A DNA stretch of 64,000 nt from Octopus vulgaris (GCA_951406725.2 OX597818.1:88040001-88104000), one strand, 5' to 3'; shown: positions 25,886 to 38,772, numbered from the stretch's first letter. Program-made: numbers and translations. Notes: generated by a model not told the origin, from the letters alone.

Positions 25886-26787
25886 TCGACATCGTCGTCA
25901 TTGTTGCCGTCTTATATAAGAACACATTGGAGACTGATGTCCGATATGTACCATTCTAGAAGCATAAACGGTATGGTCACGACTGGAATTTCTTTTTATC
26001 AAAGATCATTCTGCTTGTTCTTGCAGAACTCTGTCGTGGCTAAACAACTACAGCAGCTATCACCACAACGACAAACAGTATATCTTTATCAGAACATAAG
26101 CTAATACAACACACTTTTCTGTTCGTTAAAGATGAAGAGATTAACTGCAAAAATTGCCGATCCCAAAATGGCTCTCTATTTCTCTTGTTTATGTCAGCAC
26201 AAAATCACGCCAAATATTTTTGCTGTTAGAATCTTCTGGTGCTATCAATATTTTGAATAACGAAAATAAATAAATTAATTAACAAATAAACAAATAAATA
26301 AGAGTGAATTGAAATTATTGATTATAGTTTTATAATAATCAGAAGGGGTATAAAATATGCTGATGGCAACATCTGGCCAATCAAGGTAGAGAAGTAATCA
26401 GTCATCAAGTTCTCCTCCTCTCCCACCTCCCCTACCCCTCCTCGTCTTTCTCGTCACCGTTTTCATCCTTGTACTCCTCTTTAGTTCTCATCTTCTTCCT
26501 CATCTTTACCCTATGTCCCGTTCTCGTCATTGTCTTCCTCCTCCCCTCCTCCTGCTTCCTTTCCGCTTCCTTTAAGTGATTCTTGTTATTCTTGATGCTG
26601 CTGTTTGACTACGATTGACAGATGCTAAAACCATAACCATCACGTCTTGTTTTATAGGTAGAGTGTACCGTAGACCACACCAGCCAATGTTCTTCAAACT
26701 AAGCTAAGAGCATTAGATTCCTTGGAAGAAAGCAGTGAATGTATACGAAAACAAGGACTGTAAAAAACGGAGAAAGTTACACAAATA

Positions 26788-26930
26788 CAATCGCTGCTAT
26801 TTGCCAAGGAATCTAATGCTCTTAGCTTAGTTTTTTCTTGTGGTTGACCAGATTGGAGCAATCTCGAGGATAACCAGCCGAAATTGCAAAGATAATCTGG
26901 AACTCGACTGAAGAAAGAAAACTCCGAATG
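26788..26930 (+). ncRNA. Non-circularly permuted hammerhead candidate
   Basis: GCAAUC^UCGAG ... CCAGCC GAAA UUGC ... CUCGA CUGAAGA AAGAAA, with an extra helix CCAGAUU/AAUCUGG. Confidence 0.72.
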
Positions 26931-27024
26931 ACCCGACCTTGTTTTCTTTGTATAGTCTATCTGGATGTTTTGCTGTCCCTTTCTTGTATCACCTCTCTGG
27001 ATGTTTTGCGTTCTTGTCCCATTT

Positions 27025-27096
<72 letters not shown>

Positions 27097-27283
27097 CTTC
27101 ACTACCCACAAGGGGCTAAACACAGAGGGGACAAACAAGGACAGACAAGGGGATTAAGTCGATTATATCGACCCGAAAGCATGGGATAAAAGGCAAAGTC
27201 GACCTCGGCGGAATCTGAACTCAGAACGTAACGGCAGACGAAATACGGCTATATATATAGCGGCGACGTACACTTTGGTCTCC

Positions 27284-27380
<97 letters not shown>

Positions 27381-27804
27381 CCCGCGTGCAGGCATAAACA
27401 CAGACGCAAAAATGCATTCAATTACACTAACAGCACAACTATGGATGTCGTAATTTCATTTCTATAATCAACAATATTTCGCTGCTTTCGCGTAATGTTC
27501 TTGACGTCAAAATTGAAAGTTATAGAGAACATTAATTTTGTATATCTTGGTTTGGCTTGTTTCAACCAAGTTGTCATCGATGTGGAGATATGGCATTTTT
27601 CTCACAGTGTGATAGTAAAAGAATATAATCATAGTTCAACCAACGAATTGTTCTAATTCAAAACACTTATAATTCAATCTTTTATGGGATAAAACAATCC
27701 AAATTTATTTTCATAGGACCAGAGATTTGATTTCTCAATAACAAATTCGTAGGGAAGCAACCGCAACACACGTACACCAAAGCAAGAATTGATAGTATTT
27801 TATT

Positions 27805-28405
27805 ATCCTACTCTAGGCACAAGGCCAGAAATTTTGGAGAAGCGGGGCCAGCCGTTTAGATCAATCCCAGTCCGCAAATCGTAGTTAATTTATCGACCTC
27901 GAAAGGATGAAAGCAAAGTCGACCACGGCGGAATTTGAACTCAGAACGTAACGGCAGACGAAATACCTATTTCTTTACTACCCACAAGGGGCTAAACACA
28001 GAGAGAACAGACAAAGACAGACAAACGGATTAAGTCGATTATATCGATCGCAGTGCGTAACTGGTACTTATTTAATCGACCCCGAAAGGATGAAAGGCAA
28101 AGTCAACCACGGCGGAATTTGAACCCAGAACGTAACGGCAAAAGAAATACCGTTAAGCATTCCACCCGGCGTGCTAACATTTCTTATTTCTTTATTGCTA
28201 AATATAGAAGGGCAAACAAGGACAGACAAAGGGATTAAGTTGATAACATCGACCCCAGTGCATAACTGGTACTTAATTTATCGACCTCGAAAGGATGAAA
28301 GCAAAGTCGACCACGGCGAAATTTGATTTCAGAACGTAAAGACACACGAAATACCGCTAAGATTTTCGCCCAGCGTGCCAAAGTTTCTGCCGGCTCACTA
28401 CCTTA
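27805..28405 (-). mobile_element. tRNA-derived SINE with Nin/Deu-type domain, internally triplicated
   Basis: Minus strand GGCAGAAAC.TT.GCACG head and GCCTTTCATCCTTTCG.GGTCGATAAATTAAGTACCAG domain, repeated three times. Confidence 0.8.
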
Positions 28406-28841
28406 TAGTATTTTAATATTAAATTCGATACAGAAATTTGTATTTCCTTTTATTTTTCATGTTTTTCCATAAATGTATATTAAATTATATTATTATACCT
28501 ATATTCTTTATAAACACATAGAGCGTTCGAATTGTAGTGGCATGTTTATTGGCCAAACAGGATATTCACTATCAGAAGTATCTTAATTTATCGACCCTGA
28601 AAGGATGAAAGCAAAGTCGACCTCGGTTGTTGCAGGAAATTCAGGTCCAAAATTCTCGTCAGATCCCATTAAGCAATCATATAGAAACATGTGATATGAA
28701 AATGTTGTTTGCATTCACATTTTAGAAACATCTCAATTTAAATGATTTTATTGAGCTTTAATCCGTTTTGAATGGACAATAATATGAAGAATAATAATTC
28801 TTTCTAAAATAAGAACAACGTATACTACTACTACTACTACA

Positions 28842-28900
<59 letters not shown>

Positions 28901-28908
28901 CATTCTAT

Positions 28909-28942
<34 letters not shown>

Positions 28943-29289
28943 AATAATGATCATTTCTATTATAAGCACAAAGCCAGATTTTTTTTGGGAGGGAAGGATT
29001 ACATGGAACCCAGTACACAGCTAATACTTATCATGTCGACCCCGATGGGCTGTAGGGTAAAGTTGACGTCGGCGGAATTTTGAACTCAGAACATGAAGAC
29101 AGACAAAATGTCACAAAGTATTTTGCCCAGCGTACTAACGATTCTGCCAGCTTACTGCCTTAATAATAGCCATAATTGAGATCAACTTTACAAAACAAAA
29201 CATTGAGAGCAAAAAATATATCGAAATAGTGACGAGTGTGTATATAATCGCTATTTTTGTCGCACTTATGCCTTTAGAAATATAAAAAA

Positions 29290-29400
<111 letters not shown>

Positions 29401-29599
29401 CTGAAAATCATAGAAATATCCTACAATCTAGATGTATTGTAAAGTCGGTATTACTTGGAACTGCACACATATTGCGTAAAGTACTGTCTGTCTGAGGTCC
29501 TTGTTGTAACTTGACAAACAGTACAATCCCCCCCACCCCCGGTAGACACAATATCTTAAATCAACAATCTCACAACATTGTATACTGTGCGACGTCTAC
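29401..29599 (+). mobile_element. Dong/R4-type LINE 3' end inside (AAT)n
   Basis: Encodes L*KSVLLGTAHILRKVLSV* followed by a short 3' UTR; (AAT)n on both sides. Confidence 0.85.
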
Positions 29600-29612
29600 A
29601 ATAATAATAATG

Positions 29613-29679
<67 letters not shown>

Positions 29680-30073
29680 AGATGATGATGATGATTATGA
29701 TGATAGTGCTGCTGATGTTATTAAAAAAACTGTAGTCAAATTGACAACATCATTGATACAAATGTGTACTTAATTTCATTCAAAACTGTTTTAGGTGGGA
29801 CTACTCTTTGAAGTCAAATTTTCTAGGGGTGTCACTGATTACTGAAAATTTTCGATGAACCAGCGCAGACAATATCAAATGTGTTATCCTGTTCATTAAA
29901 TAGGAAAGTAATTAAGGAAAAATATCCCGTTCTTTTGCTACAGTTGTCAACTGTTAAGCAAAGTGGCAGGTTGTCAATGGTGTTGCCTAAACATTTACTT
30001 GGAGATTGCTACAAAACAATGTAAAATGCAATATTGTAAAATTGAAAAAATACAAAATAAAATATGAAAATAG

Positions 30074-30109
<36 letters not shown>

Positions 30110-30111
<2 letters not shown>

Positions 30112-30299
30112 TTTTATTCTTATATTCGTTTCAGTCATTTTGACCGCGGCTATGGTGGAGCATCGCTTTAGTCGAGCAAATCGACTCCGGGACTTATTTT
30201 TTGTAAGCCTAGTACTTATTCTATCGGTCTCTTATGCCGAACCGCTAAGTTACGTGGACGTAAACACACCAGCATCGATGTCAACTGATGTTGGGACAC

Positions 30300-30330
<31 letters not shown>

Positions 30331-30331
30331 A

Positions 30332-30384
<53 letters not shown>

Positions 30385-30549
30385 CACACGATGGGCTTCT
30401 TTCAGTTTCCGTCTACCAAATCCACTAACAAGGCTTTGGTCGGCCCGAAGTTATAGTAGAAGACACTTGCACAAGGTACCACGCAGTGGAACTGAACCTG
30501 GAACCATGTGGTTGTTTAGCAAGCTACTTACCACACATCCACTCCTGCG

Positions 30550-30552
<3 letters not shown>
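30110..30552 (-). mobile_element. Full-length tRNA-derived CORE-like SINE (family A)
   Basis: Head GGCGCAGGAGTGG.TGTGTGGTAAG...GGTTCAGT.CC (A/B boxes), ACCTTG.GCAAGT core, internal microsatellite, and 3' CCA.CAT.GCCGC.GTCAAA.TGACTGAAAC end. More than ten copies in the window. Confidence 0.88.
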
Positions 30553-30634
<82 letters not shown>

Positions 30635-31282
30635 AAAACAAGAAATAATATTTGTCTCTTTTTATAGAAGCAAAAAGGGTTTATAGGACTGCAAAAGAAG
30701 TGGTCAAATATAATTGAGACGAAGATAAAGAAGAATTGGTTATAGAACAGGAATTAAATTCAGGTCAACGACTTTACATACAACATCACCTCACAAGCAT
30801 TTAATCATATATAAAAATCGCCATGGTTCGCAAACACATAAAAAAATAATACATTTAAAATCACAGAAGGTAAAAATTTATGATGGAATAAAATACAAAT
30901 AGAACGGCCTATCAAAAAGTTAAATATAAACGAGTAAAAATTCAAAAAACTAACAAAAAACTTAGTAGACAAATATAAAATAAGTAAAGGCAAAAATAAA
31001 ATAAAATAAAATAAAATAAAATATAATAAATGTCCACCGACTAGAAAAGTTTTATCAGAACGTTAAAATATTTTGAAAAGATTTAAAAACAAATTTTTTT
31101 AAAGATATTTGAAAAAAGTATTTTACTTCCCCCATACAAGTGCCTTCAAAGTTCATAGGTAAACAGATTTCAACATGTCAAATTCACATACATCTTCAAA
31201 AAACTATTTTACTCTCCTCTCACAACTAAGTCTAAAAGTTCATAATAAGCAGACTTCACAGGTCAAATTCAACATTCACATA

Positions 31283-31362
31283 TATTTATGGCCATTTCGG
31301 GAGCTCACCACCGCAGTTTATTTACACTAAAGTGCATCACGATGACCTCCTCATCAGGATAA
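31283..31362 (-). ncRNA. Type I hammerhead motif with expanded stem II
   Basis: UAUC CUGAUGA GGAG...CUCCC GAAA UGGCCA UA^ AAUA. Palindromic AUGGCCAU stem III; first stem I pair mismatched. Confidence 0.55.
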
Positions 31363-31779
31363 ACAGGAAAAAGAGATACGCACAGATCTACATGGATTTA
31401 CGCAGGATTGAACCTAAGGAGTTATGGACTAAAATCTTCACGATCGGAGGGTTGAATTGTGAGCTTTTATGCTCCTTTTTTCCTTCTTTATTCTTTTTCT
31501 TCATCTCTTAAATCCTTTGGTCGGCCTGTGTGTGTGTGTGTGTGCTTGCATGTGTGTGTGTGTGTATTTGTGTGCGTGTCAGTGTATGTCCCCCAACCAT
31601 CGCTTGACAGCTGATGCTGGTGCGTTCATACACCCGTAATCCAGCGGCTCGGTAAAAGGGGCCGATAGAATAAATACTAGGCTTACAAAGAATAAGTCCT
31701 GGGCGCGATCTTTCGACTAAAGGCTCCAGCATTGCCGCAGTTAAATGACTGAAACAGGTAAAAGAATAAAAGAATATCC

Positions 31780-31866
<87 letters not shown>

Positions 31867-31973
31867 CATACATATACATATATATATACATATATATATG
31901 GATATACATACATATATATACATACATATGTATACATATATATATACATATATGTACATATGTATATATACAT

Positions 31974-32011
<38 letters not shown>

Positions 32012-32013
<2 letters not shown>

Positions 32014-32975
32014 TGAGGACTGGGGGTTTCGAATGTCCTGTCCGTGTTTGTTGTATCGTCTTCTAAGAGTTATACGTTCTTGTCCATGTTGTATTTTTCT
32101 ACATACCTTAACATATATTCCAGGCGCCACGTACCCTCTTAACATTAATGTGAGCACATATTCTTAATAACTGGTACGACTCTTTGTTTGTCTCTCTCTC
32201 TCTCTCTCACTTTTACTTGATCTGTCCCCTTCTCTCTCTACTCATCCTCTTTTTCTCTTCTCTTTCCTCTGATTCTTTGGTCTAATCTTCCACTACCCTC
32301 CTATTTCTTTGTCTCGCTCTGCACTCACAGGTCGCTCTTCGACACCCATCCCTTCTCCTCTCTGATTCCTTCTTTCTCTCTCTTCTCGCTCTTTGTCGCG
32401 TTTGTCCCTCCCCTCTCTCTCTCCTCTCTCTCTCTCTTCCGTTGCTTCTCTTTCTTTTCTTTTCTCTCTTCTCTGTCACGTGACTGCATGCCGAAATCTG
32501 CCTTTCAGCTTCTGACCAGCGTCGTGTTAACATCGTTGTTTTTCGTCCGCCGCTATAGGCATCGCCGATAAGGCTCCTTTCCTTGCGCCAGAGAAAAAAT
32601 TTGTTTGCTTGTTATCAGTCGTAAGACACTTGTTGTTGTTTTCACCGTTAATGCTTCTGTATTTCATGTTTCTGTATTCCATTATTTTTTCGTTTTTTTA
32701 TATTCGTCCCTTTTGCTGTCCTGGTGTCCGTATGCATTCGATCCTTCTTCCAGGAAATCTACGCTCCCAGCCTAGTTTTTCTAATGCTCGTTGCTTAGTT
32801 TTTCTTGGAGGGCTGGCCGTGATCTAGTAATCTCAAGATTAATCAGCCGAAATTACTACGATGATCCGGTTCTTGACTGAGGACTGGGGGTTTCGAATGT
32901 CCTGTCCGTGTTTGTTGTATCGTCTTCTAAGAGTTATACGTTCTTGTCCATGTTGTATTTTTCTACATACCTTAA
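32012..32975 (+). mobile_element. Non-coding terminally redundant element (864-bp period) with permuted hammerhead, copy 1
   Basis: 100-bp direct repeats at 32012-32111 and 32876-32975; (TA)n flanks. Confidence 0.85.
32735..32899 (+). ncRNA. Non-circularly permuted hammerhead candidate
   Basis: UAGUAAUC^UCAAGA ... UCAGCC GAAA UUACUA ... UCUUGA CUGAGGA. Stem III 7 bp, stem I 6 bp. Confidence 0.78.
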
Positions 32976-33046
32976 TATATATATATATATATGTATATAG
33001 ATACACACATACATATATGCATGCATACAGATATATATATATATAT

Positions 33047-33975
33047 AGGGTTTCGAATGTCCTGTCCGTGTTTATTGTATCGTCTTCTAAGAGTTATACG
33101 TTCTTGTCCATGTTGTATTTTTCTACATACCTTAACATATATTCCAGGCGCCACGTACCCTCTTAACATTAATGTGAGCACATATTCTTAATAACTGGTA
33201 CGACTCTTTGTTTCTCTCTCTCTCTCTCACTTTTACTTGATCTGTCCCCTTCTCTCTCTACTCATCCTCTTTTTCTCTTCTCTTTCCTCTGATTCTTTGG
33301 TCTAATCTTCCACTACCCTCCTAATTCTTTGTCTCGCTCTGCACTCACAGGTCAATCTTCGACACCCATCCCTTCTCTCTGATTCCTTCTTTCTCTCTCT
33401 TCTCTCTCTTTGTTGCGTTTGTCCCTCCTCTCTCTCTCTCTTCCGTTGCTTCTCTTTCTTTTCTTTTCTCTCTTCTCTGTCACGTGACTGCTGGCCGAAA
33501 TCTGCCTTTCAGCTTCTGACCAGCGTCGTGTTAACATCGTTGTTTTTCGTCCGCCGCTATAGGCATCGCCGATAAGGCTCCTTTCCTTGCGCCAGAGAAA
33601 TAATTTGTTTGCTTGTTATCAGTCGTAAGACACTTGTTGTTGTTTTCACCGTTAATGCTTCTGTATTTCATGTTTCTGTATTCCATTATTTTTTTGTTTT
33701 TTTATATTCGTCCCTTTTGCTGTCCTGGTGTCCGTATGCATTCGATCCTTCTTCCAGGAAATCTACGCTCCCAGCTTAGTTTTTCTAATGCTCGTTGCTT
33801 AGTTTTTCTTGGAGGGCTGGCCGTGATCTAGTAATCTCAAGATTAATCAGCCGAAATTACTACGATGATCCGGTTCTTGACTGAAGACTGAGGGTTTCGA
33901 ATGTCCTGTCCGTGTTTATTGTATCGTCTTCTAAGAGTTATACGTTCTTGTCCATGTTGTATTTTTCTACATACC

Positions 33976-33979
<4 letters not shown>
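33047..33979 (+). mobile_element. Same element, copy 2 (844-bp period)
   Basis: Direct repeats at 33047-33135 and 33891-33979; highly similar to copy 1. Confidence 0.85.
33739..33903 (+). ncRNA. Non-circularly permuted hammerhead candidate (copy 2)
   Basis: Same fold as 32735-32899; core CUGAAGA differs only at the variable N7 position. Confidence 0.78.
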
Positions 33980-34011
<32 letters not shown>

Positions 34012-34505
34012 TGCATGATGCGATACGCTGCAACTGCTAAGGTTCCTAAAACATTGAGAACACCCAGTGGTCCAAAAGTAAGACTGAGTTCTTAAAGAAT
34101 CTGCAAGTGTCTTTAATTCTACAGAAATCTGCGAACGGTGAACTAACAACAACAACAACAACAACAACAACAATAGCAACAGCAACAATGCCAATAAGAA
34201 AAACAAGATTAATAACAATAATATCAACAGCAATGCAGACATCAACAAGAAATATGAAGAAAGCAATATCAGCAAAAATAAGCAAAAAAAAACAAAACAT
34301 AAAAACATAAAGACATAAAAAAACAAAAAGAGAACAAGTAAAAAGAATATAAAACCCCTTATGACATCACAGCAACAACATCAACTACAAGAACAACAAC
34401 GACATCGGGAAGAAAAAAGACAATATATAGAAAATTTCTTGTTCAAAACTGGAGGCAAATGAAAACAGATTCAGCTATATAAGAAAAAATCAATATTAAA
34501 AAAAA

Positions 34506-34554
<49 letters not shown>

Positions 34555-34634
34555 ATGATGATAACGATGACGATGATAATAATGGTGATGATGATGATAA
34601 CAATAGTAATAATAAAATAATGATAAAGGTTAGC

Positions 34635-34687
<53 letters not shown>

Positions 34688-34772
34688 TCTAACGTCTTTT
34701 CTTTTCGTTTTCTGCCTTCCCCTCCCCAAAGCAAAAACATTTCATTTGTTATTGAAAAACAACTTAGCGACA

Positions 34773-34831
<59 letters not shown>

Positions 34832-35299
34832 TGCAAAAAAGAAAAGTATAACTCCTTTCATTTGTGCTATCTGTATGAACTATCATTGAACGTTTGTCTT
34901 CAAATTCAACCGAAATGAAATAAAAAGTGGATGGTGTGTGTGTGTGTGTGTGTTTCTGTGTGTGTGTGTGTTTCTGTGTGTGTGTGTGTTTCTGTGTGTG
35001 TGTGTGTGTGTGTGCGTGTATGTGTTGTGGGGGGATATACCAAAAGAAAAACAAAACAAACTTGAAATATAAGCCAAAAAGAATAAAAGAAAAAATTACT
35101 TGTTTGCGTGTACATATATATGTATGTATGCGTGTATGTGTATGTGTGTTCGCGCAGACTTGTGTATGCACACATGCACAGGCATACACATATACTAACG
35201 CTCATACATATTGAGACTAAAGCAGAAAAGTGTAAAGTAAAATTAAATGAAACTAAAAAAAAACACAAATAAAAGTAAAAAAGAAAAAGAAAACGTTTA

Positions 35300-35545
35300 C
35301 TGGCAGCAGTTGTAGAAATCTTTGGAAAAATTCTTCATATGTGTGAAAACGTTTAAAACATTTGAAGAACGGCAGATGTTGAGAGTGTCAGGAACTACAA
35401 GACAGAAATCTTTGGTGGGACAATCAGATGTTGTAACAATAATCAACGAGTTCCAAAAGGTTGTTGCTCTGTGGAGAAATGATTTGGAAAGTCTTTGAGC
35501 TGGAAGTGAGGTATTGAATAACTGGCGAGAGAATACATAGACATG
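35300..35545 (-). pseudogene. LINE (CR1/L2-like) C-terminal remnant
   Basis: [15 protein letters not shown]...PDTLNI matches the 'SF..R....WNSLP' LINE terminus. Confidence 0.5.
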
Positions 35546-35561
35546 TAAATAGATAGATAGG

Positions 35562-35613
<52 letters not shown>

Positions 35614-35636
35614 CAGATAGATACATAATACATACA

Positions 35637-35766
<130 letters not shown>

Positions 35767-35927
35767 TGTGTGTGGGTGTGTACTTGAATGCATATGTATA
35801 TATATATACATATATGCATGTGTGTGGGTGTGTACTTGAATGCATATGTATATATATACCTTACCTACATATCAACCGGCCACAATACTTTTTCTTATTC
35901 TTCCTACCCACTTTCTCTCCCTTTTCT

Positions 35928-35965
35928 TTTTCTTGATGAAAGACTAGCGTCCGAAACGTTGAAGA
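35928..35965 (+). ncRNA. Degenerate minimal hammerhead (C3U)
   Basis: UUUUC UUGAUGA AA GAC UAGC GUC C GAAA CG UU^ GAAGA. Confidence 0.45.
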
Positions 35966-36179
35966 TAGTTTTCCTTTTAGTTTCATGCGTTATGCTAATA
36001 GCAGCTTTCTTATAATTAATTCCTCATGCTTTTTCTCGTTTTTACCTCATTCATCATATGTATACATATACACACCCACCCATATATATATATATATATA
36101 TATATATATTACCACAGAAAGAGAGGGAGGCAGAGTGAGACAAGGAAGTTCATTGTGTAACACATATAATTAAATTTGT

Positions 36180-37200
36180 CAACTGTGAGGAGCAACAAGC
36201 GTTGTTATAGACTGTAGCACAGATAAAGTTTAACACAACCATTTCCACACCAGTAAATCCGATCACCAGCCCCAACATATGTCAGTGAAGTAGAATGTTC
36301 GGTTATGAAATTCTTCTTTCTTAATCTCCAGTTTATTTGACAAGTTTAAAAATCGTTGAAAACCATCTTAATTTGTCCGGTCACTTTTCGGTCCTCCTAG
36401 CTTCCAAACCTGCCCGGTGATGCCAGATAACCTCTTGACAGTCATAAGGTTGGGGTACATTTAGCTACTGTATTATATAGAATAGTTAGTGCGGAAGATA
36501 CGTTATTCATAACAGTTAAAATCGTTGGATATCGGGTGAAGTTTCGGACATTAAATTATAGCCTCACCTTAAACAATAGAACAATGTGTGTATGAAAATA
36601 AAACGTAAGAGCAAGCAGTGCCCTCCTGAGATGAGGCTGACTGGTCGATGTGGATGCTGCCGAGTGATGTCATCGTCTCCGGGACAATACCAGACGACGA
36701 ATGTCCCGAACCGACTGCATGCAGGTTGGGAGCTGCGGCTTCCAGTGACACATTTCACTTGCCGTTTTCGCTCTCTTCCCATCGTTACAGGGCTTGGGGA
36801 GTTGTGATAGTGGCCGTGGACGTGAATAGGTCCTTCGGCCTGCGTGGTGGCGTTTTAAGGTGAAGATCTGTCTGAGCAGAACTGATCCCCCCAACATTTA
36901 CATTTACAGTTCATCTGCCGTGGCCTAGTAACCTGGGACGATGACAGAGGTTGGCAGGTTTTATATCGGAGTGTTCTTCTCCTAGACAGGATGCTGATCA
37001 TGGCTAACAAGCTCCATCTGCTCGGAGCGACCTGGTTATACTACACCAAACACCCGCAGTCGTCCTCTCTTTTTGGCTTAAATCCAGGTGGTACCACAAG
37101 GAGGTCGAAGTAGCACTTGGAGTTTGCGTCACTCTTTGGAAATTTTAGCCCAGTATGAGGCTAACCCAACCAGCATCCGGTGACTATGTGGACCCCCATA
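36180..37200 (-). mobile_element. RTE-type LINE 5' UTR with decayed start of endonuclease
   Basis: Minus-strand CATCCTGTCTAGGAGAAGAACACTCCGATATAAAACC motif shared with 1627-1683; degenerate downstream coding traces. Confidence 0.45.
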
Positions 37201-37590
37201 TACCACCCGTAGCTCCCGTCTACTAAATCCACTCACAAGGCTTTGGTCAGCTCGAAGCTATAGTAGAAGACGCTTGCTCAAGGTGCTAGGCAGTGGGACT
37301 GAACCTGGAACCAAGTGATTGAGAAGCAAGCTTCTTACCACACAGCCATGTCTGCGCCTAGAAATATTTCAATATTTTTAATCGGCAGAAGATACAATCA
37401 AACTCTAGGGCAGAGAGTTTCGTGCATGCCACTTGCCGCTGATGAATGTGACGCACGAAACTTTTCGGCTGTTAGGTCAATTTGTAACTTCTACCGATTA
37501 AAATAAAAATGAAAATAAAATAATAAGGATAATAATGATAATGATGGTGGTAGTAGTAATAGTATGATGATGATGATGATGATGATGATC

Positions 37591-37642
<52 letters not shown>

Positions 37643-37724
37643 TGATGATGATGACGATGATGATGACGATGATGATGATGATGATGATGATGATAATAAC
37701 AATAATAATAACAATAATAATAAT

Positions 37725-37825
<101 letters not shown>

Positions 37826-38354
37826 GAAGAAGAAGAAGAAGAAGAAGAAAAATAATAATAACAATTTTTTCTACTAAAGGCACAAGGCCTGAAATTTTCT
37901 GTGGAATTTGAACGCAGAACGTGCAGACGGACGAAATGCCACTATGCACTTTGTCCGGCGCGCTAGCGGTTCTGCTGATAATAAAGATTGTGTGTAAATA
38001 TAAATATGTTTGCAGTTCGTATTTTGCAATATTTGCTCTAGCTTCAACTTTACTTGTATTCTTGTACTTGTTCTTGTTACGTTTCTAGTCGTTATTTAGA
38101 ACTATATTTCTTGCTAGAGTTTAATAAACTTTCGATGCATATAGTTCACTGAAGCTTTTCTATTTGTAGACATTTGTCGGGCAAAGACGTACTTGTATTT
38201 GTATGGCTTCTCTAAAGATTGTTAAATGCGTAAATCATATTCAGATACACAAATACTGTATTTCTCAACGCCTCTGCTCTCTTAACTCATCCATCCGTTC
38301 GTCCGTCCGTCCGTCCGTCCATCATTCAATCCATCATCCATCCATCCAGTCAGA

Positions 38355-38385
<31 letters not shown>

Positions 38386-38466
38386 ACATCCATCCAAGCG
38401 GCGTACATAAACGTATATACAGATAAACATACATACACATATATACATAATTATATGAATATAGCC

Positions 38467-38500
<34 letters not shown>

Positions 38501-38503
<3 letters not shown>

Positions 38504-38729
38504 AGCAAGGAAAAATTGTAAAAAGACAGAATGCTAAATTGAAAGAAAATTTTAATGAAAATGGGTGTATGGAAAAAGTTTTTGAAAAAATTGATAATAT
38601 ATATATATATATATTAATTCAAACCGGTTTTTCAAAAAAATTTTTCAAAAATTTTTTCCATACACCCATTTTCATTAAAATTTTCTTTCAATTTAGCATT
38701 CTGCCTTTTTACAATTTTTCCTTGCTTAT
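38501..38729. repeat. Near-perfect inverted repeat (~90-bp arms)
   Basis: 38501-38590 is the reverse complement of ~38640-38729, with a TA-rich spacer. Confidence 0.9.
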
Positions 38730-38772
38730 CATTTCTCCACGTGCGGTCAACACAACCCCACCATTTATTGAT

